Below, one piece after another: positions 19,756 to 29,259 of a stretch of 64,000 nt of DNA. The DNA is from an uncultured virus (IMG/VR IMGVR_UViG_3300019373_000270) (lineage: Duplodnaviria; Heunggongvirae; Uroviricota; Caudoviricetes), in the IMG/VR virus record IMGVR_UViG_3300019373_000270. One strand, written 5' to 3'. The notes beneath the pieces are model-generated. The model did not search any database, had not been told where the DNA came from, and saw nothing but the letters and a program-made list of their open reading frames with translations. Within the stretch, counting starts at the first letter, position 1. Each line of letters opens with the position of its first letter. The translations under genes were made by a program, and so were the position numbers.

Positions 19756-20709
19756 ATGGATAATATCAACGTTGTAAAAACACTGCACTTATGGGAGAAA
19801 ATAAACGCAACATTCAAAGGTAAAGTCTTTTATATAAAAGATGTATATGATAAATTTACCGAAGAGAAGAAAGACACGATCCGTGGCCGAATATATGAAC
19901 ACTTAGGAAAAGAATTTCAGCGTATCGGCAGAGGAATTTATTTCGCGGGAACTAAAGATGAAGCTGTAGCTCTGATCGAAGGCGACGGCAGAGATCTTTC
20001 TATGTTTTCAGATAATTCATTTGACTGCATAATAACAGATCATCCGTGGTCAGACGAGAGGGCTAACAAAGGCGGAAACAGAAGTTTTGCGGATTACGAA
20101 ACATTCAAATACACGCCTGATGATTTCAAGGCAAAGGCTCGTGTTCTGAAAGAGGGATGCTTTCTTGTAGAGATGATCCCGGCGGAGAATGAGTCTAATT
20201 ACGAATACCTGTATCAAATCAAGAAAATGGCTGAAGAAGCAGGATTCCAGTATTATGCGAAAGTTCCGTGGACAAAAGGAACTTTTGTGGGGAACACCGG
20301 CAGAAAGGCTAAAAATCAAGAAGATATGATGATCTTCAGCTTAGGTAAAGCACGCAATATGCGACCTGACGCAAAGAAAGATAAAGCTGATCCTTCGGTC
20401 AAACACTATATGTCGGGTGCAGCAGGAATGCTCCCGACAGATTTCAATGTACAGCCGCCGGATAAAAAATCAAGACTTCATCAGGCAGAAAAGCCAGTTG
20501 GACTTGTTGAGCAACTTCTGGAATATCTGACTTTTGAAGGCGAAATGGTTTTGGATCAGTTCGCAGGTTCAGGAGTCGTCGGGGAAGCGTGTATCAAGAA
20601 AAGAAGAGGCTGTGTGCTGATTGAAAAATCAAAAGAATTCATATCAAAGATAATAAAGAGACTTGAACTCTTTGACTGCTCTATAATTTCTGCTCCTGCT
20701 ATAGCATAA
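19756..20709 (+). CDS. orphan beta-class N4-C/N6-A DNA methyltransferase with N-terminal extension
   Basis: DCIITDHPW (motif IV variant), HQAEKP, VLDQFAGSG (motif I). Confidence 0.85.
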   Translation: MDNINVVKTLHLWEKINATFKGKVFYIKDVYDKFTEEKKDTIRGRIYEHLGKEFQRIGRGIYFAGTKDEAVALIEGDGRDLSMFSDNSFDCIITDHPWSDERANKGGNRSFADYETFKYTPDDFKAKARVLKEGCFLVEMIPAENESNYEYLYQIKKMAEEAGFQYYAKVPWTKGTFVGNTGRKAKNQEDMMIFSLGKARNMRPDAKKDKADPSVKHYMSGAAGMLPTDFNVQPPDKKSRLHQAEKPVGLVEQLLEYLTFEGEMVLDQFAGSGVVGEACIKKRRGCVLIEKSKEFISKIIKRLELFDCSIISAPAIA

Positions 20710-20711
20710 CA

Positions 20712-20740
20712 AAAAAGGCTGCCTTTTGACAGCCTTTTTT
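20712..20740. terminator. bidirectional intrinsic terminator
   Basis: AAAAAGGCTG...CAGCCTTTTT between convergent methyltransferase and dnaG. Confidence 0.75.
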
Positions 20741-20751
20741 GTTTAGAAAAA

Positions 20752-21912
20752 TCATATAAAGTTAAATGTTTCTCGAATCGTCCTTTCAGGGTCGTAATTT
20801 TTTCTGAGCGATAATTCTGTGACTTCTTTTAAAAAGCACCTTTGTGCATCGTAATCAGTCAGATCATATTTATCGGCTATTCGACTCATTCTAAAGTAAA
20901 TCGGATCTTTGGTTGAGTTTTTTATTAGCTCATAAAATTTTTGTGACCCGAATTCCTTTATATATTCGTCAGGATCTTTCGCTTCAGACATGAATACAAT
21001 ATATGTTTCAAGTCCTGCTTTTTCAAGTATGTCTATGGCCTTATCCGCAGCGTTTTTTCCTGCTTCGTCGTTATCATAACATATGATGACTTTATCCGAA
21101 TACTTCTTCAACAAAGCTGCCTGATTCTCTGTAAGAGAAGTTCCACAGCTTGCTATGGCAGTCCTAAAGCCTGCTTGATGGAGAGAAATAACGTCAAGAT
21201 TTCCTTCACAAAGGATAGGCGTTTCTCCGCAGCATATCTTCTTCATAGCAAAATTCAGTGAAAACAGGTAATTGTTTTTGCTGTAACAAGGGGTGTTTTT
21301 GGAGTTTAAGTACTTAAAATTATTGTCTCCATCCAGTTTTCTGCCTCCAAATCCTATAATATTCCCGTTTAGATCTATAAAAGGGAAAACGGCTCGATTA
21401 TTAAAAAAATCAATTATTTCGTCATTTTTAGATACGGTTATCAACGAGCCTTGAAGCAGCTCCTCGATAGTGTACCCCAATTTAAGCATGTATTCTTTCA
21501 ATGAAAAATAATTTTTATCAGCGTATCCCATTCTGAAGTTACAGATGGTTTTTACTGTAAGTTTTCTTTTATTGATCAGATAGTCAAGACATGCTGTATC
21601 TTTTTTTGAAAAAAGATTTTTATAAAAGAAGTTCGCCGCATCATAGTTCATCTTGTAAATTTTTTGTAAATTGTATGGCTTTTTGGCAACGTTTCTGTCT
21701 CCGACTGCATTTTTATAATGCACGTTATATTTGTGCATAAAATCAGCCTGATCACCGTTACTGCCGCAGTTAAAACAATGGAAACAGTTCTCACCTTCAA
21801 AAACGTAGAACTGAACAGCTCCGCAAAAAGGGCATTTACCTCGGTATAATCTATCACCGACTTGTTTTAAGTTTGTTTTTATTGAAATGATTTTCAGTAT
21901 CTTATTTTTCAT
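20752..21912 (-). CDS. dnaG: DNA primase (short form lacking the C-terminal helicase-binding domain)
   Basis: CPFC/CFNC Zn finger; FNNRAVFP; GFGGR; KYLNS; TOPRIM motifs EGNLDV, YDND.AG and KDPDE; start moved to the ATG with an AAGGAG RBS. Confidence 0.92.
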   Translation of the reverse strand: MKNKILKIISIKTNLKQVGDRLYRGKCPFCGAVQFYVFEGENCFHCFNCGSNGDQADFMHKYNVHYKNAVGDRNVAKKPYNLQKIYKMNYDAANFFYKNLFSKKDTACLDYLINKRKLTVKTICNFRMGYADKNYFSLKEYMLKLGYTIEELLQGSLITVSKNDEIIDFFNNRAVFPFIDLNGNIIGFGGRKLDGDNNFKYLNSKNTPCYSKNNYLFSLNFAMKKICCGETPILCEGNLDVISLHQAGFRTAIASCGTSLTENQAALLKKYSDKVIICYDNDEAGKNAADKAIDILEKAGLETYIVFMSEAKDPDEYIKEFGSQKFYELIKNSTKDPIYFRMSRIADKYDLTDYDAQRCFLKEVTELSLRKNYDPERTIRETFNFI

Positions 21913-21955
21913 TTTCATTACTCCTTTTGCCGAAAGTGAATTCTTCAAACATTCA

Positions 21956-22013
21956 CTCCCGTTTTCAATTTTATCTTCAAATAAATTATACCAGAAAATA
22001 AAAATCAATAAAA
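21956..22013 (-). promoter_or_regulatory. element-type promoter plus variant leader box for dnaG
   Basis: Minus strand: TTTTAT-17-TATAAT with TTTTC, then TGAAAACGGGAG. Confidence 0.65.
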
Positions 22014-22028
22014 ATATACTTTTTTTGT

Positions 22029-22087
22029 TTTTATCTGACTGAATTTTCTTATACAATAGATTCAGAGATAATAATTGATAATTGGAG
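22029..22087 (+). promoter_or_regulatory. element-type promoter plus leader box with no adjacent ORF
   Basis: TTTTAT-17-TACAAT(22052); TGATAATTGGAG at 22076. Confidence 0.65.
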
Positions 22088-22385
22088 ATTGTTAATTGTT
22101 GCTCTATATCGATGTAATTTTTAAACTTCTTCGATACTAACTTTCCGTTACAAGGTCTTCTGACCATTATAATACATTTTACCTTCTATAATTCTTCCGC
22201 TTTCGGAAGTATACATAAAATTTTTCATTTCAAATTTCCCTCTTTCTTTTCAATTCTTTTCAATCACGATGATTTACCTCATTGTCATCGTGTAATATAT
22301 ATCACTTATCATATTTATTTTTCAAATTTACGGAGTACATACACGGCGCAGTTGTGTGTGTACTCCCGAAAGGAGTATTTTACAT

Positions 22386-22637
22386 ATGAACGTTATATTT
22401 CTTACGAAAACTATAGATGATCGATTCTCAATACTGGAACTCGGCAGTGATGCCGAGTCCATGAAGAACCTTTTAAAGAGGCATGTTTCACGTTTTCTTG
22501 ACAAGAAGGCAAATGTAACTGCCACAAAGTCCGAAGAAAGTGCTGCATTCGTTTCCTACACTGATCCAAAGGGGAATGAACATACCGCTTCTTTCAATTT
22601 GGTATCAGGGAATACCGATGAATTTTTCAGAAGATGA
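22386..22637 (+). CDS. hypothetical protein
   Basis: AAGGAG RBS; terminator at 22644-22678. Confidence 0.65.
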   Translation: MNVIFLTKTIDDRFSILELGSDAESMKNLLKRHVSRFLDKKANVTATKSEESAAFVSYTDPKGNEHTASFNLVSGNTDEFFRR

Positions 22638-22674
22638 GCAACAAAAACGCCTTCCTGAACATACAGGGAGGTGT

Positions 22675-22733
22675 TTTTATTTGCCTAAATTTTCAGTTAT
22701 AATCTTATTAGTGGTATGAACTGATAACGGGAG
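22675..22733 (+). promoter_or_regulatory. element-type promoter plus leader box
   Basis: TTTTAT-17-TATAAT(22698); TGATAACGGGAG at 22722. Confidence 0.75.
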
Positions 22734-22766
22734 CTTTTCATATCCGAAATAATTTAAAGAAAGGTA

Positions 22767-23129
22767 ATGATGATGAACATAAATAGTACTAGACGAATTA
22801 GAAGAGGTCAGGTGTATTATGCTGACCTCGGAAACGGTATGGGGTCCGAGATGGCAGGAGAAAGGCCTGTTGTTATTATTCAAAACAATATGGGTAATAA
22901 GTATTCTCCGACTGTAACGGTCGTACCTCTTACATCGAGATTAAAAAACGATCAGCCAACGCATTTTTATATCAAAGCAGGTACAGCAAATCTTAGCAGA
23001 GATAGTGTAGTGCTTGCTGAAGGAATAAGAACAATATCGAAAGACCGTTTGAAATACTATATAGGAGATTTTGACGAACCATTCATGAACAAACTGGACG
23101 ATTCTGTCCGGATACAACTAGGATTATAG
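22767..23129 (+). CDS. mazF: PemK/MazF-family endoribonuclease, orphan
   Basis: RRGQVYYADL..GMGSEMAGERPVVIIQNNMGNKYSPTVTVVPLTS...IRTISKDRL. Confidence 0.88.
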   Translation: MMMNINSTRRIRRGQVYYADLGNGMGSEMAGERPVVIIQNNMGNKYSPTVTVVPLTSRLKNDQPTHFYIKAGTANLSRDSVVLAEGIRTISKDRLKYYIGDFDEPFMNKLDDSVRIQLGL

Positions 23130-23141
23130 GAGGAATTAAAA

Positions 23142-23540
23142 ATGGCCAGAGGAATTTACAAAAATAAATTTATCCCAAGACAGGACGCACTGGGAGACTG
23201 TTATTATTGTCCAAAATGCAAGAGACCATTATACATAACAGAAACTCCGGGCTATTTCGGACAATGCTTCCATTGTGATGAAGATTTCTACATGATAGAG
23301 ACTCTGCAGGAAGGGATCGAATGCGGAGTCCTTGTCGGGAGACCGCTAAACGGAATAACGATCAACGGCGGCATTGAGTATCTGCTGGATGAAAACAACA
23401 AAAGAGCTGTTTTTGATTCTCCCGAAGATGCAAAAGCATTTTTGATCAAAAACGGAGTGTCTGACTCAGAGACGGAATTATTTTATTACGTAGATGCCGC
23501 AATGCAAGCTGAAATTGAAGCAGATAAAGCTGAATCATAG
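23142..23540 (+). CDS. zinc-finger hypothetical protein
   Basis: CPKC...CFHC; AGGAGG RBS. Confidence 0.7.
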   Translation: MARGIYKNKFIPRQDALGDCYYCPKCKRPLYITETPGYFGQCFHCDEDFYMIETLQEGIECGVLVGRPLNGITINGGIEYLLDENNKRAVFDSPEDAKAFLIKNGVSDSETELFYYVDAAMQAEIEADKAES

Positions 23541-23550
23541 GAGAAACATA

Positions 23551-24159
23551 ATGGATATCAATGAATTATTGTCGAACAAATATTCGTTAAACGAAAAGGA
23601 TATTGAAGAAGCACTTCGTAACGAAGAAATATTGGAAATGTCAAAGAATATAGATGATCTTACGCTGAATGAAAAGGATGAACAATTAAGAGAAAAAATA
23701 TATTCTTATCTTTCCAGAAGAGAAGGGAACGGTATTTATGTTTCTGTTTACAGAGGCGTAGACAAGTATCGCTGTAAAAAGGAGGGAATAAGGAATATAA
23801 AAAATATTGCCGAAGATGTACTATTCAGAGTGAAGAAAGCAGGTCTTGAACCGGATGATTACTTATCTATCTCGAATGAGATACTTTTAAAATACAAAGA
23901 ATATAAGTATGTAATACCCGAAAAAATAGCGCAGAACCTACGATTTATGTTTGATGTCAATTACGGTGGGTGCGAAGGTATGTATTATGACTTATTCTTG
24001 CTAGACAACAACAAGGTAGCAGAAACACATATGTCGTATATGATAACAGGGAAAACACTATGTACAGATGATAAAAGCTTCTTGAAAATGAGCTATATGG
24101 GTTCATATATAAACCTGTTACTAAAAAGTGATGGATACAAGATAAATATTTCGGAATGA
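23551..24159 (+). CDS. hypothetical protein
   Basis: AGGAG RBS; terminator at 24163-24191. Confidence 0.75.
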   Translation: MDINELLSNKYSLNEKDIEEALRNEEILEMSKNIDDLTLNEKDEQLREKIYSYLSRREGNGIYVSVYRGVDKYRCKKEGIRNIKNIAEDVLFRVKKAGLEPDDYLSISNEILLKYKEYKYVIPEKIAQNLRFMFDVNYGGCEGMYYDLFLLDNNKVAETHMSYMITGKTLCTDDKSFLKMSYMGSYINLLLKSDGYKINISE

Positions 24160-24271
24160 TCAAAAAGAGTCTCGTGATGAGACTCTTTTTTATTGCTTTG
24201 AATTTTCATATAAAATATTAGCAGAAGAAAAATAAACCACAAAACGAGTGTGTAAAGAAAGGATGTTGAGT

Positions 24272-24478
24272 ATGTTTAAATGTTCCGGTTCTTATAGGAG
24301 AAGTAATTACAGACAAATGAAAAAAGATGCTTATAAGAAAAAGCATATCGAAGAGATAAGGGCCGAAGCTGAGAGCAGAAGAGACAAGTGTTACGAAAAG
24401 AAACACGGACGTTTTTCTTCTGAGAAAATATGCTTGACGCAAGCTGAATACATTAATAAATATTTTGCGGTATACTAG
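24272..24478 (+). CDS. small basic hypothetical protein
   Basis: AAGGA RBS. Confidence 0.55.
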   Translation: MFKCSGSYRRSNYRQMKKDAYKKKHIEEIRAEAESRRDKCYEKKHGRFSSEKICLTQAEYINKYFAVY

Positions 24479-24496
24479 AGAAAGGATAAGATTTTT

Positions 24497-24832
24497 ATGG
24501 CAGGATACAATTATAAAAGAAATATGAGCAATAACGCAGTTGATGCTTATGCAATGGGAGCAAAACCGTATAATGAATGGAGTTTTGCTGATATATTCAA
24601 TGAAATACTAGACGATTATGACCCTGAGAATCATTGTTTTGATATAAATAAATTGGCAAATGTATCTCTCGAAGTATTAAAAATGTGTTTTCTTTCTTAT
24701 TCGTCATGGCATCATACGACCAAACAATATAAAGAAACTGAGTTTTACTTTGTAGATAAAAAGAAAATGCTGACGCTTACAGATGAAGATATAGATAAAT
24801 ACATTGATTATGCTTCAAGGGATAACATCTAA
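24497..24832 (+). CDS. conserved-looking phage/plasmid hypothetical protein
   Basis: MAGY...SNNAVDAY..G.KP..W...WHHT...TEFY. Confidence 0.7.
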   Translation: MAGYNYKRNMSNNAVDAYAMGAKPYNEWSFADIFNEILDDYDPENHCFDINKLANVSLEVLKMCFLSYSSWHHTTKQYKETEFYFVDKKKMLTLTDEDIDKYIDYASRDNI

Positions 24833-24843
24833 CTATATATAAT

Positions 24844-24902
24844 TTTTATTGACATGTTTTTTCTTATATAATTATAGTACAGTCATTTATCGATAACAGG
24901 AG
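24844..24902 (+). promoter_or_regulatory. element-type promoter plus leader box
   Basis: TTTTAT-17-TATAAT(24867); CGATAACAGGAG at 24891. Confidence 0.75.
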
Positions 24903-24919
24903 TTTAAAGGAGGAACATT

Positions 24920-25525
24920 ATGAAAACAACAAAGGCTGCAATAATTATTGGAATAACCACTGTCATGACAGCGATCCTGCTCTGTCCAACGCACGAAAAC
25001 AGTACGGATATACGAGAGGACTGCAAGCCCGTGATAAATAATAGTGATATATCTATAAAGAATGTTTCTTATGATGATACCACTATCTACGAACTTGATG
25101 AGAGTATACCAGCAAAAGGAACAGACTGGTATACATACATGGATCTCGATGCTATAACGGATCAAGATTCGGAACAATACAATAGGAAATCACGTTATTG
25201 GCTGGACGAATCGGGTATCTGGTGCAGCAACAACGATTATGTAGTTGCTATGGGGAACGGATTCGGTAAAATTGGCGAAAGATACATGATAACCACGGAC
25301 CGTGGAAACAGATTTTCTGTTGTTATCGGAGATCATAAATCTGATATTGACACCGATCTGCATAATCATTATTCTTTAACTTACGTTAATGGAGAACCAA
25401 AATTTAATGTTATAGAATTTATTGTAGATACAGATACGCTAAATGAAAACGTAAAAGAATCAGGAAATATCGGAGATTATTATTTCATTACAGGAAATAT
25501 AACAAATATAGAGAAAATTTCTTAA
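24920..25525 (+). CDS. secreted or anchored protein, possible 3D/DPBB-like cell-wall domain
   Basis: N-terminal hydrophobic segment; YVVAMG...IG.....TD.G....V.IGD.K. Confidence 0.55.
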   Translation: MKTTKAAIIIGITTVMTAILLCPTHENSTDIREDCKPVINNSDISIKNVSYDDTTIYELDESIPAKGTDWYTYMDLDAITDQDSEQYNRKSRYWLDESGIWCSNNDYVVAMGNGFGKIGERYMITTDRGNRFSVVIGDHKSDIDTDLHNHYSLTYVNGEPKFNVIEFIVDTDTLNENVKESGNIGDYYFITGNITNIEKIS

Positions 25526-25562
25526 TGTTCTCTACGCCGTTAAATTGTTTTGACGGCGTTTT

Positions 25563-25621
25563 TTTTATTAGCTTGAATTTTCGATTATAATATGGATAAG
25601 TTCAGATGGTGATGACTGGAG
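25563..25621 (+). promoter_or_regulatory. element-type promoter plus leader box for nrdD
   Basis: TTTTAT-17-TATAAT(25586); TGATGACTGGAG at 25610. Confidence 0.75.
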
Positions 25622-25660
25622 CCATTAGAACTGGATATTATTATAAAGGAGGACATAATT

Positions 25661-27970
25661 ATGTCGAATGTAAAATTTATTATTAAAAGAGATGGAAAAA
25701 GAGTTCCTTTTAACGCAAGTAAAATAGCAACAGCTATGGATAAAGCATTTGCTGAAACTAAAGAAAAGATCAAAACAAATCATACCACAAGTATGATGGC
25801 AGAAGATATCAAAGAAAAAATCAAAGATGAAATCGTTGATATTGAAGTAGTACAGGATCTGGTAGAAAAAACACTGATGAAAAACGGTTACATAAAAACC
25901 GCAAAGGTTTATATTCTTTACAGAGAAGAAAGGTCGAGAGTAAGAGATAAGAATTCCAGATTAATGAAAACACTTAACGACATGGTTATTCAGGATGCTA
26001 AAGATAACGATACTCTTCGTGAAAATGCTAATGTCGATGGAAATACCCCTATGGGGTCAATGCTGAAGTATGGTTCGGAAACAGCTAAGGAGTATGTAAA
26101 AATGTACATGCTCAGACCTGAGATAGCTAAAGCTCATGCTGATGGAGATATTCATATTCATGATATGGATTTTTATCCTACCGGCACAACGACCTGTTCT
26201 CAGATAGACCTTACAAAACTTTTTGAAAATGGTTTTTCTACGGGACACGGATTCCTGAGAAAGCCTAATTCGATAGCTTCCTACGCTGCACTGACAGCTA
26301 TAGCTATTCAGGCGAACCAGAACGATCAGCATGGAGGACAGAGTATACCGAACCTTGATAGAATGCTGACACCCGGAATAATTTGCAGCTTTAAGAAAAA
26401 TATAAAAAACAATCTTATAAGTTCGCTGACGATCATTGAGGAAATGGATACAGATGATGCAGAAAAGAAAGCGAATGAACTCATATCTGAAATAGAGAAA
26501 ACAATAGAATTTAAATTTGAAAACAAAGTCAGCATCATCTCCTTCATTAACAAGTCAGGTGTTGGAGGACATGGAACTCCAATAGTCGAAAAAGCTATCC
26601 GGGATACGGACAAGCAAACCTATCAGGCTATGGAAGGACTCGTCCATAATCTCAACACTATGAACTCCAGAGCGGGAGCGCAGGTCCCATTTAGCTCCAT
26701 CAACTACGGCACTGATACTTCTGAAGAAGGAAGAATGCTGGTAAGGAATCTTCTTCTTGCGACTGAAGCGGGATTAGGAAACGGCGAAACTCCAATATTC
26801 CCGATCCATATATTCAGATGTAAGCATGGGATAAATCTTGATGAAGGAGATCCTAACTATGATCTCTTTAAACTCGCTTGCAGAGTATCTGCAAAAAGAC
26901 TTTTCCCAAACTTTAGTTTCCAGGATGCTCCTTTTAATGCTCAGTATTATAAAGAGGGTCATCCGGAAACTGAAATCACATACATGGGTTGCAGAACTCG
27001 TGTAATAGGTAACGTAAATGGTCCTGAGATAGCTTATGGAAGAGGTAATCTTTCGTTTACCTCTATCAATCTGCCGAGAATCGGTATAGAAGCTAATGGT
27101 AATTGGGATAAATTCTATAAATTACTTGACGAAAAACTTGAACTCGTCAGGGATCAGCTCCTTGAAAGGTTCGAGTATCAGTGTTCAAAGCGTCCATACA
27201 ACTTCCCATTTCAGATCCAACAAGGTGTATGGCTTGGTGGTGAAAAACTGAAACCCGAAGATGGGCTGAGAGAAGTCTTGAAAAACGGAACTCTTACGGT
27301 CGGTTTTATAGGTCTTGCAGAATGCTTAAAAGCTATGATGGGTGTTCATCATGGCGAATCGGACGAAGCACAGGAAAAGGGTCTCGAAATAATAGGTCAT
27401 ATGAGAACTTTTACCGATAACACTACAAAGGATACAGGACTCAACTTTTCACTTATTGCAACTCCTGCTGAGGGGCTGTCGGGACGCTTTACAAGGATCG
27501 ATAAGAAAAAGTACGGCGAGATCCCCGGTGTAACAGACCGGGACTACTATACAAATTCTATGCATGTACCTGTTTATTACAATATCTCTGCTTTCGATAA
27601 GATAAGAAAAGAAGCTCCTTATCATGCACTTTGCAACGGGGGTCATATTGCTTACATTGAACTCGACGGAGACCCTACAAAGAATTTAGCTGCTTTTGAA
27701 AAGGTGGTAAAGGCTATGGATGCTGCCGGAATAGGGTATGGCGCTATCAACCATCCTGTTGACAGAGATCCTTGCTGTGGATTTAGCGGTATTATAGGAG
27801 ATACTTGCCCGAAGTGTGGAAGGAAAGCGTTTTATAATACGAAAGGAGAATATAACGGAATAAATTTCGACAGGATAAGAAGAATAACAGGATACCTTGT
27901 CGGAACGCTTGAAAAGTTCAATGACGGAAAGAGGGCTGAAGAAGCAGACCGGATCAAGCATAAAGTATAA
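25661..27970 (+). CDS. nrdD: anaerobic (class III) ribonucleoside-triphosphate reductase with ATP cone
   Basis: IIKRDG ATP cone; IHIHDMDFY; RAGAQVPFSS; YMGCRT; ATPAEG; YTNS; RRITGYL glycyl-radical motif. Confidence 0.97.
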   Translation: MSNVKFIIKRDGKRVPFNASKIATAMDKAFAETKEKIKTNHTTSMMAEDIKEKIKDEIVDIEVVQDLVEKTLMKNGYIKTAKVYILYREERSRVRDKNSRLMKTLNDMVIQDAKDNDTLRENANVDGNTPMGSMLKYGSETAKEYVKMYMLRPEIAKAHADGDIHIHDMDFYPTGTTTCSQIDLTKLFENGFSTGHGFLRKPNSIASYAALTAIAIQANQNDQHGGQSIPNLDRMLTPGIICSFKKNIKNNLISSLTIIEEMDTDDAEKKANELISEIEKTIEFKFENKVSIISFINKSGVGGHGTPIVEKAIRDTDKQTYQAMEGLVHNLNTMNSRAGAQVPFSSINYGTDTSEEGRMLVRNLLLATEAGLGNGETPIFPIHIFRCKHGINLDEGDPNYDLFKLACRVSAKRLFPNFSFQDAPFNAQYYKEGHPETEITYMGCRTRVIGNVNGPEIAYGRGNLSFTSINLPRIGIEANGNWDKFYKLLDEKLELVRDQLLERFEYQCSKRPYNFPFQIQQGVWLGGEKLKPEDGLREVLKNGTLTVGFIGLAECLKAMMGVHHGESDEAQEKGLEIIGHMRTFTDNTTKDTGLNFSLIATPAEGLSGRFTRIDKKKYGEIPGVTDRDYYTNSMHVPVYYNISAFDKIRKEAPYHALCNGGHIAYIELDGDPTKNLAAFEKVVKAMDAAGIGYGAINHPVDRDPCCGFSGIIGDTCPKCGRKAFYNTKGEYNGINFDRIRRITGYLVGTLEKFNDGKRAEEADRIKHKV

Positions 27971-28106
27971 AAAACGATATAATATGTCATAACTACAAGT
28001 TTATTCAGTTTTTAATGCTCTGCTTTAATGCAGGGCATTTTTTTATTTGAAAATTTTCTTATATAATAATAGTAGTCTTAATAAAGACGGAAGGGAAGTG
28101 GTCAAA

Positions 28107-28361
28107 ATGGCAGCAAAGAAATTAATGACAAAAGTAATTTTTGAAGTGGGTGACATGCAGATAAATGTAAGAAACATCATGGACTCTGTCAAAATTGCGT
28201 GGGTCAATGCGGGAAATAAGTCTAAAGATCTTGAAGAACTTACTATTTATGTCAAGGCGGAAGACCGAAAGGCTTATTTTGTTGGAAATGGCGGAGCTGT
28301 AAAAGGAAGTGTTACTTTATGTAATGCTGATGATCTGTCGAATAGCGTTAAGTTCGATTAA
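28107..28361 (+). CDS. DUF6465-like protein
   Basis: LTIYVKAEDRKAYFVGNG. Confidence 0.7.
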   Translation: MAAKKLMTKVIFEVGDMQINVRNIMDSVKIAWVNAGNKSKDLEELTIYVKAEDRKAYFVGNGGAVKGSVTLCNADDLSNSVKFD

Positions 28362-28531
28362 AAAAATTAAACCATATATAATTTTTTTCTTCGAAGATAA
28401 TCTGCTATAATAATAATGTAAGCATTTTTCAATAAGTATTTTGCTTGCGCCTTACGTCTGTTTTATTTCAGACAGTACCCGTTCATGACGGAGAAAACTA
28501 TATATTTTTAATTACGAAAGGAAGAACCCAA

Positions 28532-29104
28532 ATGAAGACAAGAAGAATACTGGCAATTGTTGCCGCAATGAGCATGATCATATCGTTTGGAGCAATGACT
28601 GCTAATGCAAGCTCGGACATTATCGAGGACCTGCCCATCGAAACTTTACCTACAGACGAGGTTCCTGTGGAGGAAGATCCCGCAGAAGATGCACCGGTCG
28701 AAGATGAACCGATAGACACACCATCTGACAACAGCTCTGAAACTGAGAACACTCCTGCTGCTGATACTCCTGCAGATAACACTCCTGCAGATGATGTTCC
28801 TTTTGATGCTGCACCCACTGAAAGCGGGGACTCGGAGCCAACTGAGGAAAGTGAGAAGCCTACAGATAGTTCTCAGAACGATGTTCCTGTGGCAGCAGGA
28901 TCTGAAACTGAGATCAAGGATTCAAGTACCGGTAAGGTATCCGAATCAAGTTCAAAAACCGAATCAAAGAATTCATCCGGTAATTCTTCGGTAAAGGCAG
29001 AAAGTAAGTCGGCAAATAATCCTGAAACAGGCGCAGCTACCATGAGTTTCGGTCTGGCGGCAATTGCTGCAGGTGCAATGATCGTAAGCAAGAAGAGAAA
29101 CTAA
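28532..29104 (+). CDS. sortase-anchored (NPxTG) acidic, disordered surface protein
   Basis: Signal peptide (ANA-S); P/D/E/S-rich body; NPETG, TM helix and KKRN tail. Confidence 0.85.
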   Translation: MKTRRILAIVAAMSMIISFGAMTANASSDIIEDLPIETLPTDEVPVEEDPAEDAPVEDEPIDTPSDNSSETENTPAADTPADNTPADDVPFDAAPTESGDSEPTEESEKPTDSSQNDVPVAAGSETEIKDSSTGKVSESSSKTESKNSSGNSSVKAESKSANNPETGAATMSFGLAAIAAGAMIVSKKRN

Positions 29105-29120
29105 GAATTCTTTTGTGCTG

Positions 29121-29189
29121 AGTAGGCTGGTTCATTGGGAGAACGTGTAGAATATACAAAATAGCGGGTTCGATCCCCGCTGCCTACCT
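29121..29189 (+). ncRNA. tRNA-like RNA with shrunken anticodon arm
   Basis: Acceptor AGTAGGC/GCCTACC; D arm GTTC-ATTGGGA-GAAC; TGTA-GAATA-TACA; T arm AGCGGG-TTCGATC-CCCGCT. Confidence 0.7.
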
Positions 29190-29259
29190 GTAGTAGTTAT
29201 ACTCTCATACTACTTATAATTTCTTTTCGACACCCCGGTTATTATTATAACCGGAACAA

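Noticed and set aside
21913..22167. 85-aa N-terminal extension of DnaG in the ORF track
   Set aside because: It spans the promoter region; a good RBS and ATG lie at 21912.
25608..25640. GGTGATGACTGGAGCC as a fluoride riboswitch or NrdR box
   Set aside because: The rest of those consensus structures is missing and it matches the local leader-box family.
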